The position numbers were made by a program, and so were the translations under genes. From Mobula hypostoma (taxonomy: Eukaryota), in contig NC_086125.1 in assembly GCF_963921235.1 (NCBI RefSeq), forward strand, positions 14,880,001-14,944,000: a DNA stretch of 64,000 bases. Reading direction: 5' to 3'. The notes under the pieces are model-generated. The model was not told the DNA's origin and ran no database searches. It was given only the letters and a program-made list of their open reading frames with translations. Within the stretch, counting starts at the first letter, position 1. The number at the start of each line of letters is the position of its first letter. Of this stretch, positions 13,111 to 25,264 are shown in pieces.

Positions 13111-13799
13111 TTTCTCGTAAATTCTACCGTATTTCTTTTTTCCCTGTAAATACCCACATGAAAATTAATCTGAAGAGAGTTTATGGTAACATATACGTAC
13201 TTCGATAATAAATTTTACTTTGACTTTGATGTACATGAACTTTACATTAATACTATTTTGTTTCCCTCCAGAGTCACAACAATTTCTGCTTTTTCCACCC
13301 CACCACACCCAAGCACACAAACTCTACCATTCACCTATAAAATCAGAAAAACTTACGACAGCCAACTCCCCTACCAACTTCCATTCCCTCGAGATGTGGA
13401 TGTGGGAGGAACTGGGAAAACTCATGTGGTTATGGAAAATATGTAAATTCCCAACAAATAGCAGCAAAGGTCAGAACTGAATCGGGTCTCTGGAGTTATG
13501 AGCCAGTAGCAGCCCGATATTAGCCATTATGTTATCTTATCATGTGCCTCTTTTAATGTATATGTAGTGATTTTTCAATGGGTTTGTAAATACATTACTC
13601 AAAATACTCCAGAAAAGGCAGATTGATAAAGGAGTGAAATGTGAGAGATTTTCTGGGTGCCCCTCCAGTCTAAGCTGCTGCGTACTGATCCCCTGGTGCC
13701 CAGCTCAGTATAGGCAGAAAGCCAAAGGACCATTGCAATAGACACAGGCAACAGCAGAAATCTATTTCTCCCAACTAATCCTACCAACTGTAGACAAGG

Positions 13800-13842
13800 A
13801 ACACACCAAAACCACGTTTCTTAAATACAAAGCAGGTTTATT
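13800..13842 (-). terminator. Candidate polyadenylation signal of the lectin gene (about 1.9-kb 3' UTR)
   Basis: AATAAA on minus at 13842-13837 followed about 20 nt later by a GT-rich tract (CGTGGTTTTGGTGTGTT); a second AATAAA at 14001-13996. Confidence 0.45.
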
Positions 13843-15698
13843 AAGAGTTAGCAGAAACAAAGCAAAAGCAAATAGTGGTTTCATCAGATTATAAAACAGA
13901 AAACCATGGATTACATTTCTGCAATACCAGACCAGCCATATAAATAGGTATTTGAAAGTTACCAGATACCAGACTAACAGCTCACATACAGGACATTTAT
14001 TGCATTCTTAATTGAATGATTACAAATGCTATGAAATTCACCTTGATTAAAGCTTTGTCCAGTGCTCAGTCTTAAATACTTCTTCAAAGGCGTTGTCAGT
14101 ATTTGACAGGGGAGAGTATTGTTATCACCAATAACAAAATAAAATATCTGGACCCAGAATACATGCGTACTTATGACTTAAACATGTTTTTATTTCACTC
14201 GTGCCGAAGGAGAATGGCATGGCCCCCGTCACCCACAATTTTCAGAAGCTAGGACAGAAAACTGCTATTTTTTTTTATACAGAATTGGTTTATCAATTGA
14301 CCAGTTGTCTTGAATTCCTTACTTGCAAGGTTAACTGCCATTCACAACAGACTGATAAAAGTCAACTGAAACTTAAAGCTGATATTTTGAAGTTAGTAAA
14401 GCAAATATCCCTTAGTTCTTGAGTGTGATTCACATCCTTCCATTATTCCTATCTCAACTGTCTCTGGCAGGTCCTGTTGTGTAAAGTGTTGCCAAGTTTT
14501 AGGAAAACTTTTCTAGAAAGGTCTCACTACAGAGTTTCGCCCATCTGACTCGAGTGCCCACTGTCACAGTCACTACTGCCTCACTGTCTACAATGGGCAA
14601 GATGGGCTCTGGCTGTCTCACTTGACTCCAACTGCCCCACGCTGTTCTCACCTGGATGTTATTTTTAACCCTTGCCTTACTGCAACTTCCACAATATCAT
14701 GTGTTAGTTGTATTTGCCTCGCGATATTCAGTTGTGCAGCAGGAAGTATAAGTGACAGGCATTTGTGGTAAAGGAAATTATCTTCCTGTGTGCCTTCAGT
14801 GTTTTCCGCAAGTGCACACGGAGTAAATGGGATGGAGAAATGAGGATGTGACTGAGAAAGGGATGGAGCAAGAGCAAAGGTGGAGATGGGCAATAAGCTC
14901 TGTGTCTCAGGACAGTTGTGAAAGAGCCTGATAATTAAGCAGTTCCAAGGAGGTTGTCTGGCTCTTTCTGCCTCTGTCAGCTCATAGATGCTGCCTGGCC
15001 TGCTGCATTCGCCAGCAACTTTTATGTGTGTTGCTTGAAATTCCAGCATCTGCAGATTTCCTCGTGTTTGCATCGATGAAACTTCCTGTTTAATGCTACC
15101 CCTTCTTCCCTCTCTGCTGTTTTGTTCACTGCAGGCATTTCTGCAAGATTGTTTTGCATGCGTTTTCTTAAATTACTTTTACTGTTCTCTCAACCAGTTT
15201 ATCTAGATCAGTACTAGTTGTGTCAAAAAGACTCTTTGCCTCCAGGTTTTCTGCCAGGGTGGAGACAATGATTGAATTAATTCTGGTAGCACCAGAGTTG
15301 ACACATAGTATGGCTTCCAAAAGGCACTGCGGGTTTGAAACACCCAGGGTGTTTGGATCCACTGGGTCAGAGCTGGAGTGATGTGACAGAGCAAACGGCA
15401 CTAGAGAATATATACTGCACTGGCACTTTGGAACATTCTAGAAAATTGCATTTAGGTCCCTACTGTGAAGGACAATGTGAATATTCTCCCATATGGGTCT
15501 TTACATTACTGAGTTAGGATAAAGCAGTAAATCTACATGCGAGTTTAGTCAGGGGAGAGGCAGGGAGTGAGAAAGGGCTTTGGCCATAGACCAGCCCCAA
15601 AAATCCCCAGCTCAGGGCTACTTGCCAATGCATGTGCAGGGAACAAACAAAAGAGATTCACTTCCCACTCTGCTGCAACTGTAAGCTGGAGTGCTGTG

Positions 15699-15834
15699 TC
15701 AATCTTCTGGTTTTTCACAGATGGGATAATGCCAATAATTGCAATGCCATTCGTACCACCCTCCAGTTCCAACGATGAGAGCACAATCTTGACCCCTCAT
15801 GCCCATATTATTGGGTTGACCAGGTGCCCAGCTC
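15699..15834 (-). CDS. Lectin gene exon 6 coding part (CTLD part 3 and stop)
   Basis: Acceptor tcttccttcAG; SWAPGQPNN...QDC...WYEWHC...ICEKPED, then TGA at 15701-15699. Confidence 0.93.
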
Positions 15835-18800
15835 CTGAAGGAAGATAGACAAGTGTGGAATAAAATAAGCATTTGATTGAGAAAAGGAAAACCATGTCAA
15901 CAGCTCGGCACGAACCCATTCTATCCCCATTTATCCAGCACAATTCTAAAGCACAGAACTGAGGACTGATTGATCTGAATTTGCGTTCTCGGGAAGTTTT
16001 ACGGAGGCACCATCTAATATTGAGCAGCTTTCTAGGATATTCTGTGGGTGCTGTAACAAGTAGTTGGGAGAGTCGCCTGTGGAAGTTCACCATTTGTGCC
16101 TTAAACTCTAGAACTGTGGGAACATCTGGACACCATAGTTCCCACTAATCACTGGAAATTCCCATGCCTTGTTCTGGCTCCTTGTGTGTATCAGCTCATA
16201 ATCTAACACTTTCATCTACCACCTGTCCTCTTGCTTCCCTATACTCACCATTCCAGTCTCTGTTTCTCTCTCCACAGAGGCTACCCAGCCTGCTGTGTAA
16301 TACTATTTCACATTTCCAGTATATATTCTATATTACTTTGGTTGAATGGCTACAAATCTTTCTCAGGGTTTATGATGCTCTCTGCATTGTCCCCCTTCAC
16401 CCATGTAACAGTTTAAATTACTTCGGGTCTTCTCAGTTCAACAGAGAACTCTGTAGGTATATTGCTGCAGCTCAGCCTGGAGATAGAGATTTGTGAGGCT
16501 TTGGTTTTAACATCAATACAATCCAGGCTCTGGTAACACCCTCCTTACATCAATACTGAGTAACATTTGAACATTAAATGGAAAAGGTGCAAAGCAAATG
16601 CACCCAGTAATTGAACAGAGATGTGCGTGAAAGCTGAGCAACCGTGGCAGAGAGTGACATCAGACAGACTGCATAAAATGCCAATGTAAACTACAATAAC
16701 AACAGATATCAGAATCTCTTGGTTGAAAGTTCCTTTCTGTGGGACATTAAGTACTCACTTGAAATTGGTAGCGTAATCTGTGCCATCCACCCAGTGCCAC
16801 ACCCCTTCTGTCTGAGTGTCATGGAGTCCAATCCAATGGCCACATTTTATATTCCGCTGTAAAAATTCCTGTTGGGCAAAACACAAAGTTCCATGTGAAC
16901 AGATTTCCCTGCATCAGTGGCAAAGCTAAAGGTTGTTTGTCCAGCAAATGTTTGCCCAATACTGAATTACATACAAGAGTTTATTTATAAAACCATGTTT
17001 ATTAAAGTGGCAGAATTGGTCTTCTTTGGGACCTGGGCATCTTTGGCAAGTCCCAAATTCCTGTTTACCCTTTAGTACCCTTGCAGAATGGTAGTGAGGT
17101 TCTTTCTTGTACCAATATCTTTCTGGGAAAGAGCTCCCACGGTGATGTTGGGGAGGGAGTTTCAGGGACAGGTTTCAAAGTTAGAATGGTGTACAACTTG
17201 GAGGAGCTCCTGATGGTGGTTTTTCTCTGCACCTACTACTCCGACCCTTCCCCACATTAAGGGTTGCACGTTGAGGTGGTGCTGCTACAGTAGCCTAGGT
17301 GAGAAATTACAGTGATTTTGCAGGCGCTACACACTGCACCCAATGTGAGGCTGGCATGGAAGGGACCTTTGCTACATTGCAGTCTTCCCCAACGTGTAGC
17401 ATTCAGCACTTGTGTATGACTAAAAATTAAAAAAAAACTTTAGATGCTGAAATCTAAAGCAAAAACATAATGATGGAAATACTCAGGTCAGGCTGCATCA
17501 GTGGGAAGAGAAACAATGTTGAAGACACTCTATCAGAGCTAACTCTGATTCTTTTCTCACTGATGTGGCCCGACTTGCTGAGTATTTCCAGGATTTTCTG
17601 TTTTTATCCCACATGATTATCGGTACCAAGAAGCTTTCTGACTGCAATACATGGCTGCAGCCTCAGAGGGCAGCATTGACTCAGAAAATGGTAACAGTGT
17701 GCATGTACTGGCACCCGTCATTGCTCCATTAATTGCTAGATGCTTTAGTATGAAATAATAGTTCTTTGCTATTAAATTATCAATGTAGTGCAATTAATTC
17801 TGCCTCTTATGAACAAATATAAGCAGCAATTTGTCCTAATAGACAAAAATATACACTCAGTGGCTATTTTATTAGGTGCACCTGTATACCAGCTTGTAAA
17901 TGCAAATATCTAATTAGCCAATCATGTGGCAGCAACTAAATGCATAAAAGCATGCAGACATGGTCAAGAGGATCATTTGTTGTTCAGACCAAATGTTAGA
18001 ATGTGGAAGAAATGTGATCTAAGTGACTTTGATTGTGGCATGAATGTTGGTGCCAGATAGAGTGGTTTGAGTATCTCAGAAACTGCTGATCTCCTGGGAT
18101 TTTCATGCACCACTGTCTTGAGAGTTTACAAAGAATCATGCAAAAAAAAACCCAAAAACATCCAGTGGGTGGCAGTTTTGCGTATGAAAATGTTTTGCCA
18201 ATGAGAGAGGTCAGAGGAGAATGGCCAGACTGGTTCAAGCTGAGAGGAAGGCAACAGTAACTCAAATATCCACTTGCCACTGCAGTCATGTGCAGAACAG
18301 CATCTTTGAATGCGCATCATGTTGAGCCTTGAAGTAGATGGGCTACAGCAGCAGAAGACCATGAACATACACTCTTGACTACTTTATTACTTACAAGAGG
18401 TACCTAATAAAGCGGCTACAGAGTGTAAGAGAGTGTAGTGAACACATGGACAGTACCTGCTCGGCTTTATTGTTAATGACCACAAGCAAGGACTTCATTG
18501 AGTCACAGAACTTCAGGGATTCATTCCAGCTGTGTCTATTTGATGAGAAGTAGTACAGCTTATTATTGAAGCGTCTCCATTGGTTGAATGGTCGTCCATG
18601 TGATAGATCTGTGAAGATATTTAAATATAAGTTTGAATAAGCTGTTGAACTAAGCTGTGTTCCCTGTTGCCCTAAAGTTCTGCTGCTAAAATATGCAGCA
18701 GCACATCCAGAATCCTGGACTGTGCAGGCAAACCGGCACTGTCTGGATGTTAGCATCAGCTCCTCTTTTACCCTGACAGTAGGGCAGCAAAACAGCAACG

Positions 18801-21800
18801 ATGGTCAAACCAGTACAAATCTGTAGTGTTCAGTTTGGAATCGCGCCCGTTGAGTCCCTGCAGCATTTTGTGTGTGTTGCTTTGATTTCCAGCATCTTCA
18901 GATTTTCTCTTGTTTGGAATCATGACTTCCTATTACTGCTGACAATTGCTTATTAATCACGCCAATACAAATAGAATCACTGCCCAGTGCCCAGGATAAT
19001 TTGCTGCGGCTGGATCAGCATGGAATCTCTGGCTTTTCTTTTCCTCCTATCCCAACCACACTCCTTCCCCCTGGAGATTTCATTGCTTCTTGTTAGAGTT
19101 GGGAACAGAGGAGGAAAAACTCTTTGTAGAGCCATAACCCAGGATAGTCAGCAGCGCAAGTTCAGTAGATTCCCCCCCCCCCCCGGCCCCCATCTATTGT
19201 CACCAGTCAGAGAGTTTTCAGGATGGATTACTGGGAATGAAAGGCTTTTCTGGAAGTTATGAAACTTACTCTTAGCCAGCTCTGCAAGTTCAACCTGAAA
19301 GTTATCGAAGGAAGCTCTTGCCTTCATGGAATTTTCTGTAACTGAAAGAGGAAAAACACAGTTTGTCAATTCTGCTTGTGGTATTAAATAACTATCGTTT
19401 TGAAAATGAGATTTTCACAGGAGGGAAATTATCCAACTCCTTGCACTAGTTAGCAAGTTCTTCCTATGTACTGTCTCCTTCTGCTTTGTTAACCTGGAGT
19501 TTGCCACTTCTGTGAGTTTGTCTCTAGGAGAAAGTATTTATTTTGAGATAGAGAAGGGCAAGGGAAACAACAGAGACTGAGGGGACCATAAGCACTGGTC
19601 ACTCTGGGAGGAGATGAACATTTAGGGAGGAAGAGCAACAGTTATAAAGCCATGGAGTAGTAGAGACCAATGGATTGAAGGAGACAGCCTGAGAACAAAA
19701 GAGCGAAGGGCATCACATCAGCCCTGTGTCACATTCTGATGCTGAACCTGGGCAAGAAAGTTAAATTTATTTTTCAGTTGCAAGAATTTTGTATAGTTCA
19801 ATGTTGATCACTTTTCTTTCTTTTATAGAGAACAAAGGAGGGCCAGACTACTAAATCTATCGATTATTCCCATCTGTTCGTGCACCACCCTTATCCTGAT
19901 GTCCCCGTAACCCTGAGCTCAAAATCAAACTACTGCCTATGGTTTATGTCATCTGTCATCCAAATACTCTGCTTCTAAATTTACACTGGTGGCCCCGCAA
20001 CAGCAGAATGTACAAGCAAGGCAACATCCTCACTGCTCCAGCGTCAGCCCTTCTGCCACTCTGAGATGAAGAGAGCAACTGAAGGGATAAGAAAATGTCT
20101 GCTGTGTCTGGATTTCAGGGTCTTTTTAAGGTATGAACGGTCAGGTGGTTACCTATACTAATAAAATACTTTGAAAAGGACTGAGCATTTCTACAGTGTG
20201 CTTATTTACAACACCAAAATGTTGATTGCATTGTAAAGTAAGCAACTGGTCATGGACTACACACACTAGTGAGTCCTATGGGAAGCAAAGCAAGTCATAA
20301 CTATGGCTCTAATGGAGATTTTTACAGCTTTGTTATTCACTAGGGGTACCAGAAGACTAGAGGATAGCTAAAGTTCATTTATTTAAGATAGGCAGCAAGA
20401 ATAAGCCAGGTAACTACATGGAATAAGCCAGGTAACTACATGCTGGTGAGTCTTCACTCAATAGCAGAGAAATTAATGGAGGAAGTCCAAAGGGAATTTG
20501 CTCAGTTTTCCTCATTTTATTGATTTATATGGAGCAGGTTGAGAACATGCTGGATGCCTCTCTAGCATCATCACTCCTTCCCTAAATAAAAGAAGTGGAG
20601 AGAAAGGACACCTTCTAATAATATGACTGGAGTGGGGCAGTACCAGCACCAGTTCTCCCAGAACTCAGGGCCATTCGGCCAGGAGGGGGGCAACTCAGGC
20701 TCCGTCCCCATATCCAGTATCATGGATGTATATATTGAAACACGTAGATCTTCTCCTTCCTTCCCAAACCTTCTTCCATGCAGTTTCTCTTTCCCTCTTC
20801 CAACTTAATTTCTTGCCTCCTTACTCTTTCTCGTATCTCTCCCCTCGCGTTCCTCTTTCTTCTTTCCTGTGTCTTCTTGACTCTCTCTTCACCCCTTCCC
20901 CTTAATTCTATTTCTTTATCCAATTCATCTTTTTCTCTTGACCCACCCCCCATGTTCTCCCCACTCCCCCTTCCTCAGTTCATGCCCTGTGCGGCCATTG
21001 CCACCATCTGTTGAAAGCTTTTCACAGAGGGAAGGACGCAAATGATTAACGCCGTTAGCAGTATGAAGGGAAGGGTTAGCAGTCTGGCGAATGTACAAGG
21101 GAAGAGGAGTTTGCCTCCAGATGCTAAGGTCAGAAGGACTACTAGGCAGAGTAGGCTGTCCGGTGAGTGAAGTGGCAAGGTAGGTGTGTGCGAGGAAGCT
21201 GCTCTCGCTAGCCGAGTTTGTCTAAAGAGGGAGTGTGGAACCGCTAGCTAAACTAATGTTCCTGGTTTTGCCAGAAAGACGCTCTTGTATGTCGTGGGTT
21301 TTCCATTAGGAAGGAGGAAGAAGAGTTTGTGCAGTGCTGGTCGGTGGGGACGAACAGCCGGAGAGACGTGTGCTAGAGACTGTGCCAACCAGCCCGACGC
21401 TCGTCCCGGGCTGCCGAGTGGAGAAAGGGCAGGGCCGGATCGGTTGAAGACAGAGTCAGCCGCTCCCAGCTACAACATCCGGATTGTGACATTCATCCGC
21501 GGCGGAATCGCCCGTGGCGCTTCGCAACCTGAGGGAATGTTCGGCGTCGCCGAACTGTGTGTTGGGACGAGTGGTGCGGCGTCGTAGCCTCGAAGCCCGT
21601 CCCTCGTGTGTGCCTGAGCATCGTGGTTTACTGCAGCTGTCATGTTCAGCCCGGGCGGGCGAGGCGTCGCCAGGAGCATTATGAATGTCCCCGCGACGTT
21701 AATATCCCCACGGGACCCGAGATCTGAGGGTGAGGTTTGGAGAGAGCTCAGATCTGCAGAATAGAGTAGCGCGGTGAGTCCGGGGCTGCAGTGCGCGGGA

Positions 21801-22811
21801 AGCTGCTGTGTAAACCGCGGCGAATGATGAGCGTGAATGGCGAGCGACGCATTCGGGCGCACAAGCAACCCGGAGAAGACCCGTAAAATTTGCTCTTCAC
21901 ATTCGCATCTGAGCCAGGCAGATGCCTTAAGCACACAATGAAAGAGCGTGTGAGGACTGGGCTGACGGAGGAAAAGCGAAGAATTCCTACTGGGCTTTGA
22001 AGATCCCTCTCTTCAGTTTGCAGCAGACAGCATTAATCCCACCCCAACAGGGCAATGAAGTAGATGTTCCCAATAGAAAGACTGAGGCGGGAATCACTGT
22101 GTGGTTTACTTACATCTAGCCTACACTTTTGGTTTACTTTCACTATTGCCAATCCACACTCTCCGAATGTTTATCTAACAATGTAATATCATAAAAAAAG
22201 TTGCAAAGTCAAAATTATGGTAAAACTTACTCAGGTGAATCACAGTGCCAAGAATCACAAAGGACATCAGGACAGAAAAGCCCAGAAGAAAGTAGATGAT
22301 CCGAGGGGATAGCTTTCTTCCTGTAGCACCTCCTGTAAAATACACAAGTCAAAGTTATCAGTGAAAACACATTAGGAAATAGTCTCCAAATTTACCAGAG
22401 TTACACTCGAAGAAGGCCAGACAAATGGAATATTGTGTCAAAATCGGAATATTTGAACATTTAGCCAAATACGTCTTCTGTGTCAGAACAGACACAGCAG
22501 GTGGGAGATCTAAGCTGGGCAGGGAGTGAAATGGTGTGTTGCATGCAATAAATCTGCTCAACTCATGAACATAGGATAGAGAGAGTTCATCCACCTCCCC
22601 TTTCCTCGTCAAATTACCATCCCCCTCTCAACGTCTTTACTCCAGCCTCTATGATATTAAATTGGAAGTAATTCCAAACCGCTCAATGGAACTGCGCATC
22701 TACAATAACCTTATATGGAACCCGCTTCAGGAATACACGCTGATAGCCCTCTCCCTTTTGTTGATCAGTGTGAAACTCACCGGATACTTCATAACTGCCC
22801 TTTACGTCCAT
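15699..22811 (-). CDS. Type II transmembrane C-type lectin receptor (CD209/CLEC4-like), 6 coding exons: 22811-22781, 22332-22231, 19341-19270, 18608-18457, 16868-16759, 15834-15699; 200 aa
   Basis: All introns are GT-AG with compatible phases (1,1,1,0,2) and exon lengths sum to 603 nt. Spliced product: MDVKGSYEVSGGATGRKLSPRIIYFLLGFSVLMSFVILGTVIHLITENSMKARASFDNFQVELAELAKNLSHGRPFNQWRRFNNKLYYFSSNRHSWNESLKFCDSMKSLLVVINNKAEQEFLQRNIKCGHWIGLHDTQTEGVWHWVDGTDYATNFKSWAPGQPNNMGMRGQDCALIVGTGGWYEWHCNYWHYPICEKPED*. Shows CTLD hallmarks (YYFS, WIGL, W.WVDGT, ICE) and the usual three-exon CTLD. The start codon is the least certain part. Confidence 0.9.
16759..16868 (-). CDS. Lectin gene exon 5 (CTLD part 2)
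   Basis: 110 nt, phase 0-2, EFL...HWIGLHDTQTEGVWHWVDGT; donor CAA|GTGAGT. Confidence 0.95.
17854..18425 (+). mobile_element. Tc1-like DNA transposon, internally deleted
   Basis: TA-flanked imperfect TIRs CACTCAGTGGCTATTTTATTAGGT / ACCTAATAAAGCGGCTACAGAGTG; HTH remnant DLSDFDCGMNVGAR*SGLSISETADLLGFSCTTVLRVYKE. Confidence 0.9.
18457..18608 (-). CDS. Lectin gene exon 4 (CTLD part 1)
   Basis: 152 nt, phase 1-0, WRRFNNKLYYFSSNRHSWNESLKFC...LVVINNKAEQ; acceptor cttcacAG, donor CAG|GTACTG. Confidence 0.93.
19270..19341 (-). CDS. Lectin gene exon 3 (neck/coiled coil)
   Basis: Acceptor tttttcctctttcAG, donor AGA|GTAAGT, 72 nt, phase 1-1, reads TENSMKARASFDNFQVELAELAK. Confidence 0.82.
21150..21990. 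other. CpG-rich segment of unknown origin in lectin intron 2
   Basis: Abrupt rise in GC and CpG content against CpG-depleted flanks. Confidence 0.6.
22231..22332 (-). CDS. Lectin gene exon 2 (transmembrane segment IIYFLLGFSVLMSFVILGTVI)
   Basis: Acceptor tattttacAG, donor TGA|GTAAGT, 102 nt, phase 1-1, hydrophobic stretch preceded by basic residues. Confidence 0.88.
22781..22811 (-). CDS. Lectin gene exon 1 coding part (cytoplasmic tail MDVKGSYEVS-G)
   Basis: ATG in strong Kozak context (aacATGg); phase-1 donor CCG|GTGAGT; in-frame TGA further upstream. Confidence 0.7.
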
Positions 22812-22963
22812 GTTCTCAGCTGGACGTTCTTCTGGCCTCTGAAGAATGCGTGAGGAGAACTCAAGATATAGTTTTTGGTTTCGCACAGTTCCTCATGCTC
22901 AGCTACCCATTTTCCCCCTTTAGGAAACCGCCAGCTCCAAGTCTGTTCTGGACTTCTCAAAAA

Positions 22964-22980
22964 GAAATCACTTCTGCTTC
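22964..22980 (-). promoter_or_regulatory. Conserved upstream motif GAAGCAGAAGTGATTT of the lectin gene
   Basis: An identical 16-mer occurs at 32613-32628 (+) upstream of the paralogous exon 1. It resembles an ETS/PU.1-type site overlapping AAATCAC on the other strand; factor identity is inference. Confidence 0.45.
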
Positions 22981-23369
22981 TTGATTAACACACAATCTGC
23001 TGGAGGAATTTGACGGGTCCAGCAATATCAGTGCTCGAGCTTCATGCCATTGCAGCTACCCAGGAAAAATGTGATTATATGGTATAGCATAACATTGTTT
23101 GCTCATTTTAGTCAAACATTCCTTCTGGCAGCCAAAAGCTCCCTTCTTTCTCCTCTCTGCTTCTCATTCTTCTGTACCCTAAACCTCCACCACCATTTTC
23201 ACCCTTTCTCTCAGTCTGTCATGGTCTGGTCCATTAACTACTCATTTCAGTTAATTTCCTTTTCCCCGTGTTCCACTGGGCTCCTTGATTAGGGCACCTG
23301 ATCTTCATTTGAACCAGCAGCATAAAAGCTTCAGCTTACATCTACTCACTGCTGGTTCATCACCGTAGC

Positions 23370-23872
23370 CAGTGCAGCTATGCTCGTCCAGGAGTCGCTG
23401 TGAATTGTGGACTCTAAGTTGCTTCAGTGCCTATGGCTGCTTAGTGAATTCAGTTGTTTTCATGTCCAGCTGAGTTGCTGGCCGTTTTGCCACTACTCGG
23501 AGTCAAGATGCGAATTCTGTTGTTTTCCTGTCTGGCTGAGTATTGCAGGCCGCTTGCCGCTGCTCCGGGCTGCGATACGAATTGTCTGTCGTTGTTTGGT
23601 TTTATTGCTTGGTGTCCAAGTCCAAGTCTAGGTTTGGTGGCCAAGTCCAGTTCCAGGCTCTGTGTCCAAGTCTATCTCCCTGTCCAAGTCCGTATCTGTG
23701 TCAAGTCTCCGTGCCTGTGTCCTGCACTTGGGTTGGCTTCCAGTTGCTTCCTTGCAACACAATCTCCTTACCCTCCTGGTTCCATCCACCCACTACCCAC
23801 ATTTCAACATCAGCTCTGCCTCTCCATTGTCTGCTTCTGGTTCTATGTCACCTCCCCTCTAACACTTCCGAT
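23370..23872 (+). mobile_element. Old LTR-like fragment
   Basis: TGTCCAAGTC sub-repeats and a 3' end resembling the LTRs at 50897 and 52454. Confidence 0.4.
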
Positions 23873-23904
23873 TGTCACCTTTGCATATAATTTCCAGAGC
23901 TGGT

Positions 23905-24270
23905 AGTCCTCTGGCAGGGTGGAGATACATCTCTCCAAAGGAAGTGTAAGGAACTCCTTCCCTCTGCTAGCCCACTGGTCTCCCTTGGGCAAGGCATAGC
24001 ACCTGCTTAGCTCCCTTCCCATCCCCCACCCACTGATCAGGGTCGTGTTAAACCATGGGAGCAGTTGGTGCATATCAGAAGTCCTGGTTATCCAATCACG
24101 GATGCCAGGCAGACAATCTCTGAAGAGTATTGATAATGGCTGGGGTGATCCATCTTGTAAAGACACTGCTCAGAAGAAACTACTTCTGTAGAAAAAATTG
24201 CCAGGAACAGTTATGGTCATAGACCATGATCACCTATGTCATGTGACATGACACATGATGATTATGATGA
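23905..24270 (+). mobile_element. Short RTE-related non-autonomous element
   Basis: Partial second copy at 4560-4670; ends in a degenerate (CATGA)/(ATG) tail. Confidence 0.55.
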
Positions 24271-25264
24271 GTACTTTCTGTTCCTGCTTATCTCCCTTCA
24301 GCTGTTATCATCAACTTTCACAGCACCCCTCCTCCAACTTCACCCCATCTGTACCTCCATCATTCCAGGCCCCTGGATTTGCATCTTCATTCTGGATTCT
24401 AGCAGCAAAACCATGAAGTGGCTGAAGTGGGGAGCCAAAGGAGTCAGTCTCCTCCAAGGTCAGCAGAAGTAAGAGAATGCCATCAACTGCAGGTCCCCCT
24501 CAGAGTTGCAAACTACCCTGACTTGAATCTTGTGGTCATGGGGTCTAAATCCTGGACCAGCCGCTCATCCCAATAGGGCCTGCAGCAGATTAAGAAGGTG
24601 GCTCAATAGTACTTCCCCAAGGACATTAAATTCTTACCCAGATTCCTCACAGAATATCATTTAACATGTGTGAATGAAACACGATTAGAACCTCACTGGA
24701 ACTGAGTTTACATATCGTGCTCAAGTGGACGTGCACACTGTGGCATTGCTGATATAGACATTATTGACATTAGATTGGAGGTGCAGAGAGTGGAATAAAC
24801 ATCGGGATGCACATTCAATGAGATGGATTGTTTCACACTGCCAGTCTCTCCAGACATCCAAACGCTTAGAAATAAGGGTTGCCCTTGAACAATGGCTCCT
24901 TACTGCTTTCTGGCTATAACCAACCAGGCTAGATTTCCATTAGGAACCAACAGTATTTTCACCAACCCAGGATTCACTGTAGTCTCCCTAGACCTGGAGT
25001 TGGAAGTGTTGCTGCCATGAACTTCACTCTTCACATTGACCATGGATTTTCTCTGCTGGCTGACAGGAAGGTCCCACCAGTTCGATTCTGGCAAAAATGG
25101 ACTAATTGTTCCCACAAAGGTCCAGGAAGAAGGTGGGCAAATTCTTTCACAATGCAGGCAGGCTGTACAACATGCCAGGGTATCCGTGTGTGCCCATTTG
25201 TGCTGTGGTGTTCTATGCATCCTGTTGTGGTGCAAATGGTCGAAGTGCATAACCTCCTGGGACA

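Noticed and set aside
15797-16093. ORF-track proteins at 15545-16093 as a separate gene
   Set aside because: They are alternative frames over lectin exon 6 and intron 5; the true frame is fixed by splice phase.
19495-19524. 30-nt extra neck exon
   Set aside because: Good acceptor but poor donor (GTTAAC); not needed for frame, so left out of the model.
23905-24010. HDV-like ribozyme at the 5' end of the RTE-related element
   Set aside because: A complete nested double pseudoknot could not be assigned by eye; needs a descriptor-based motif search.
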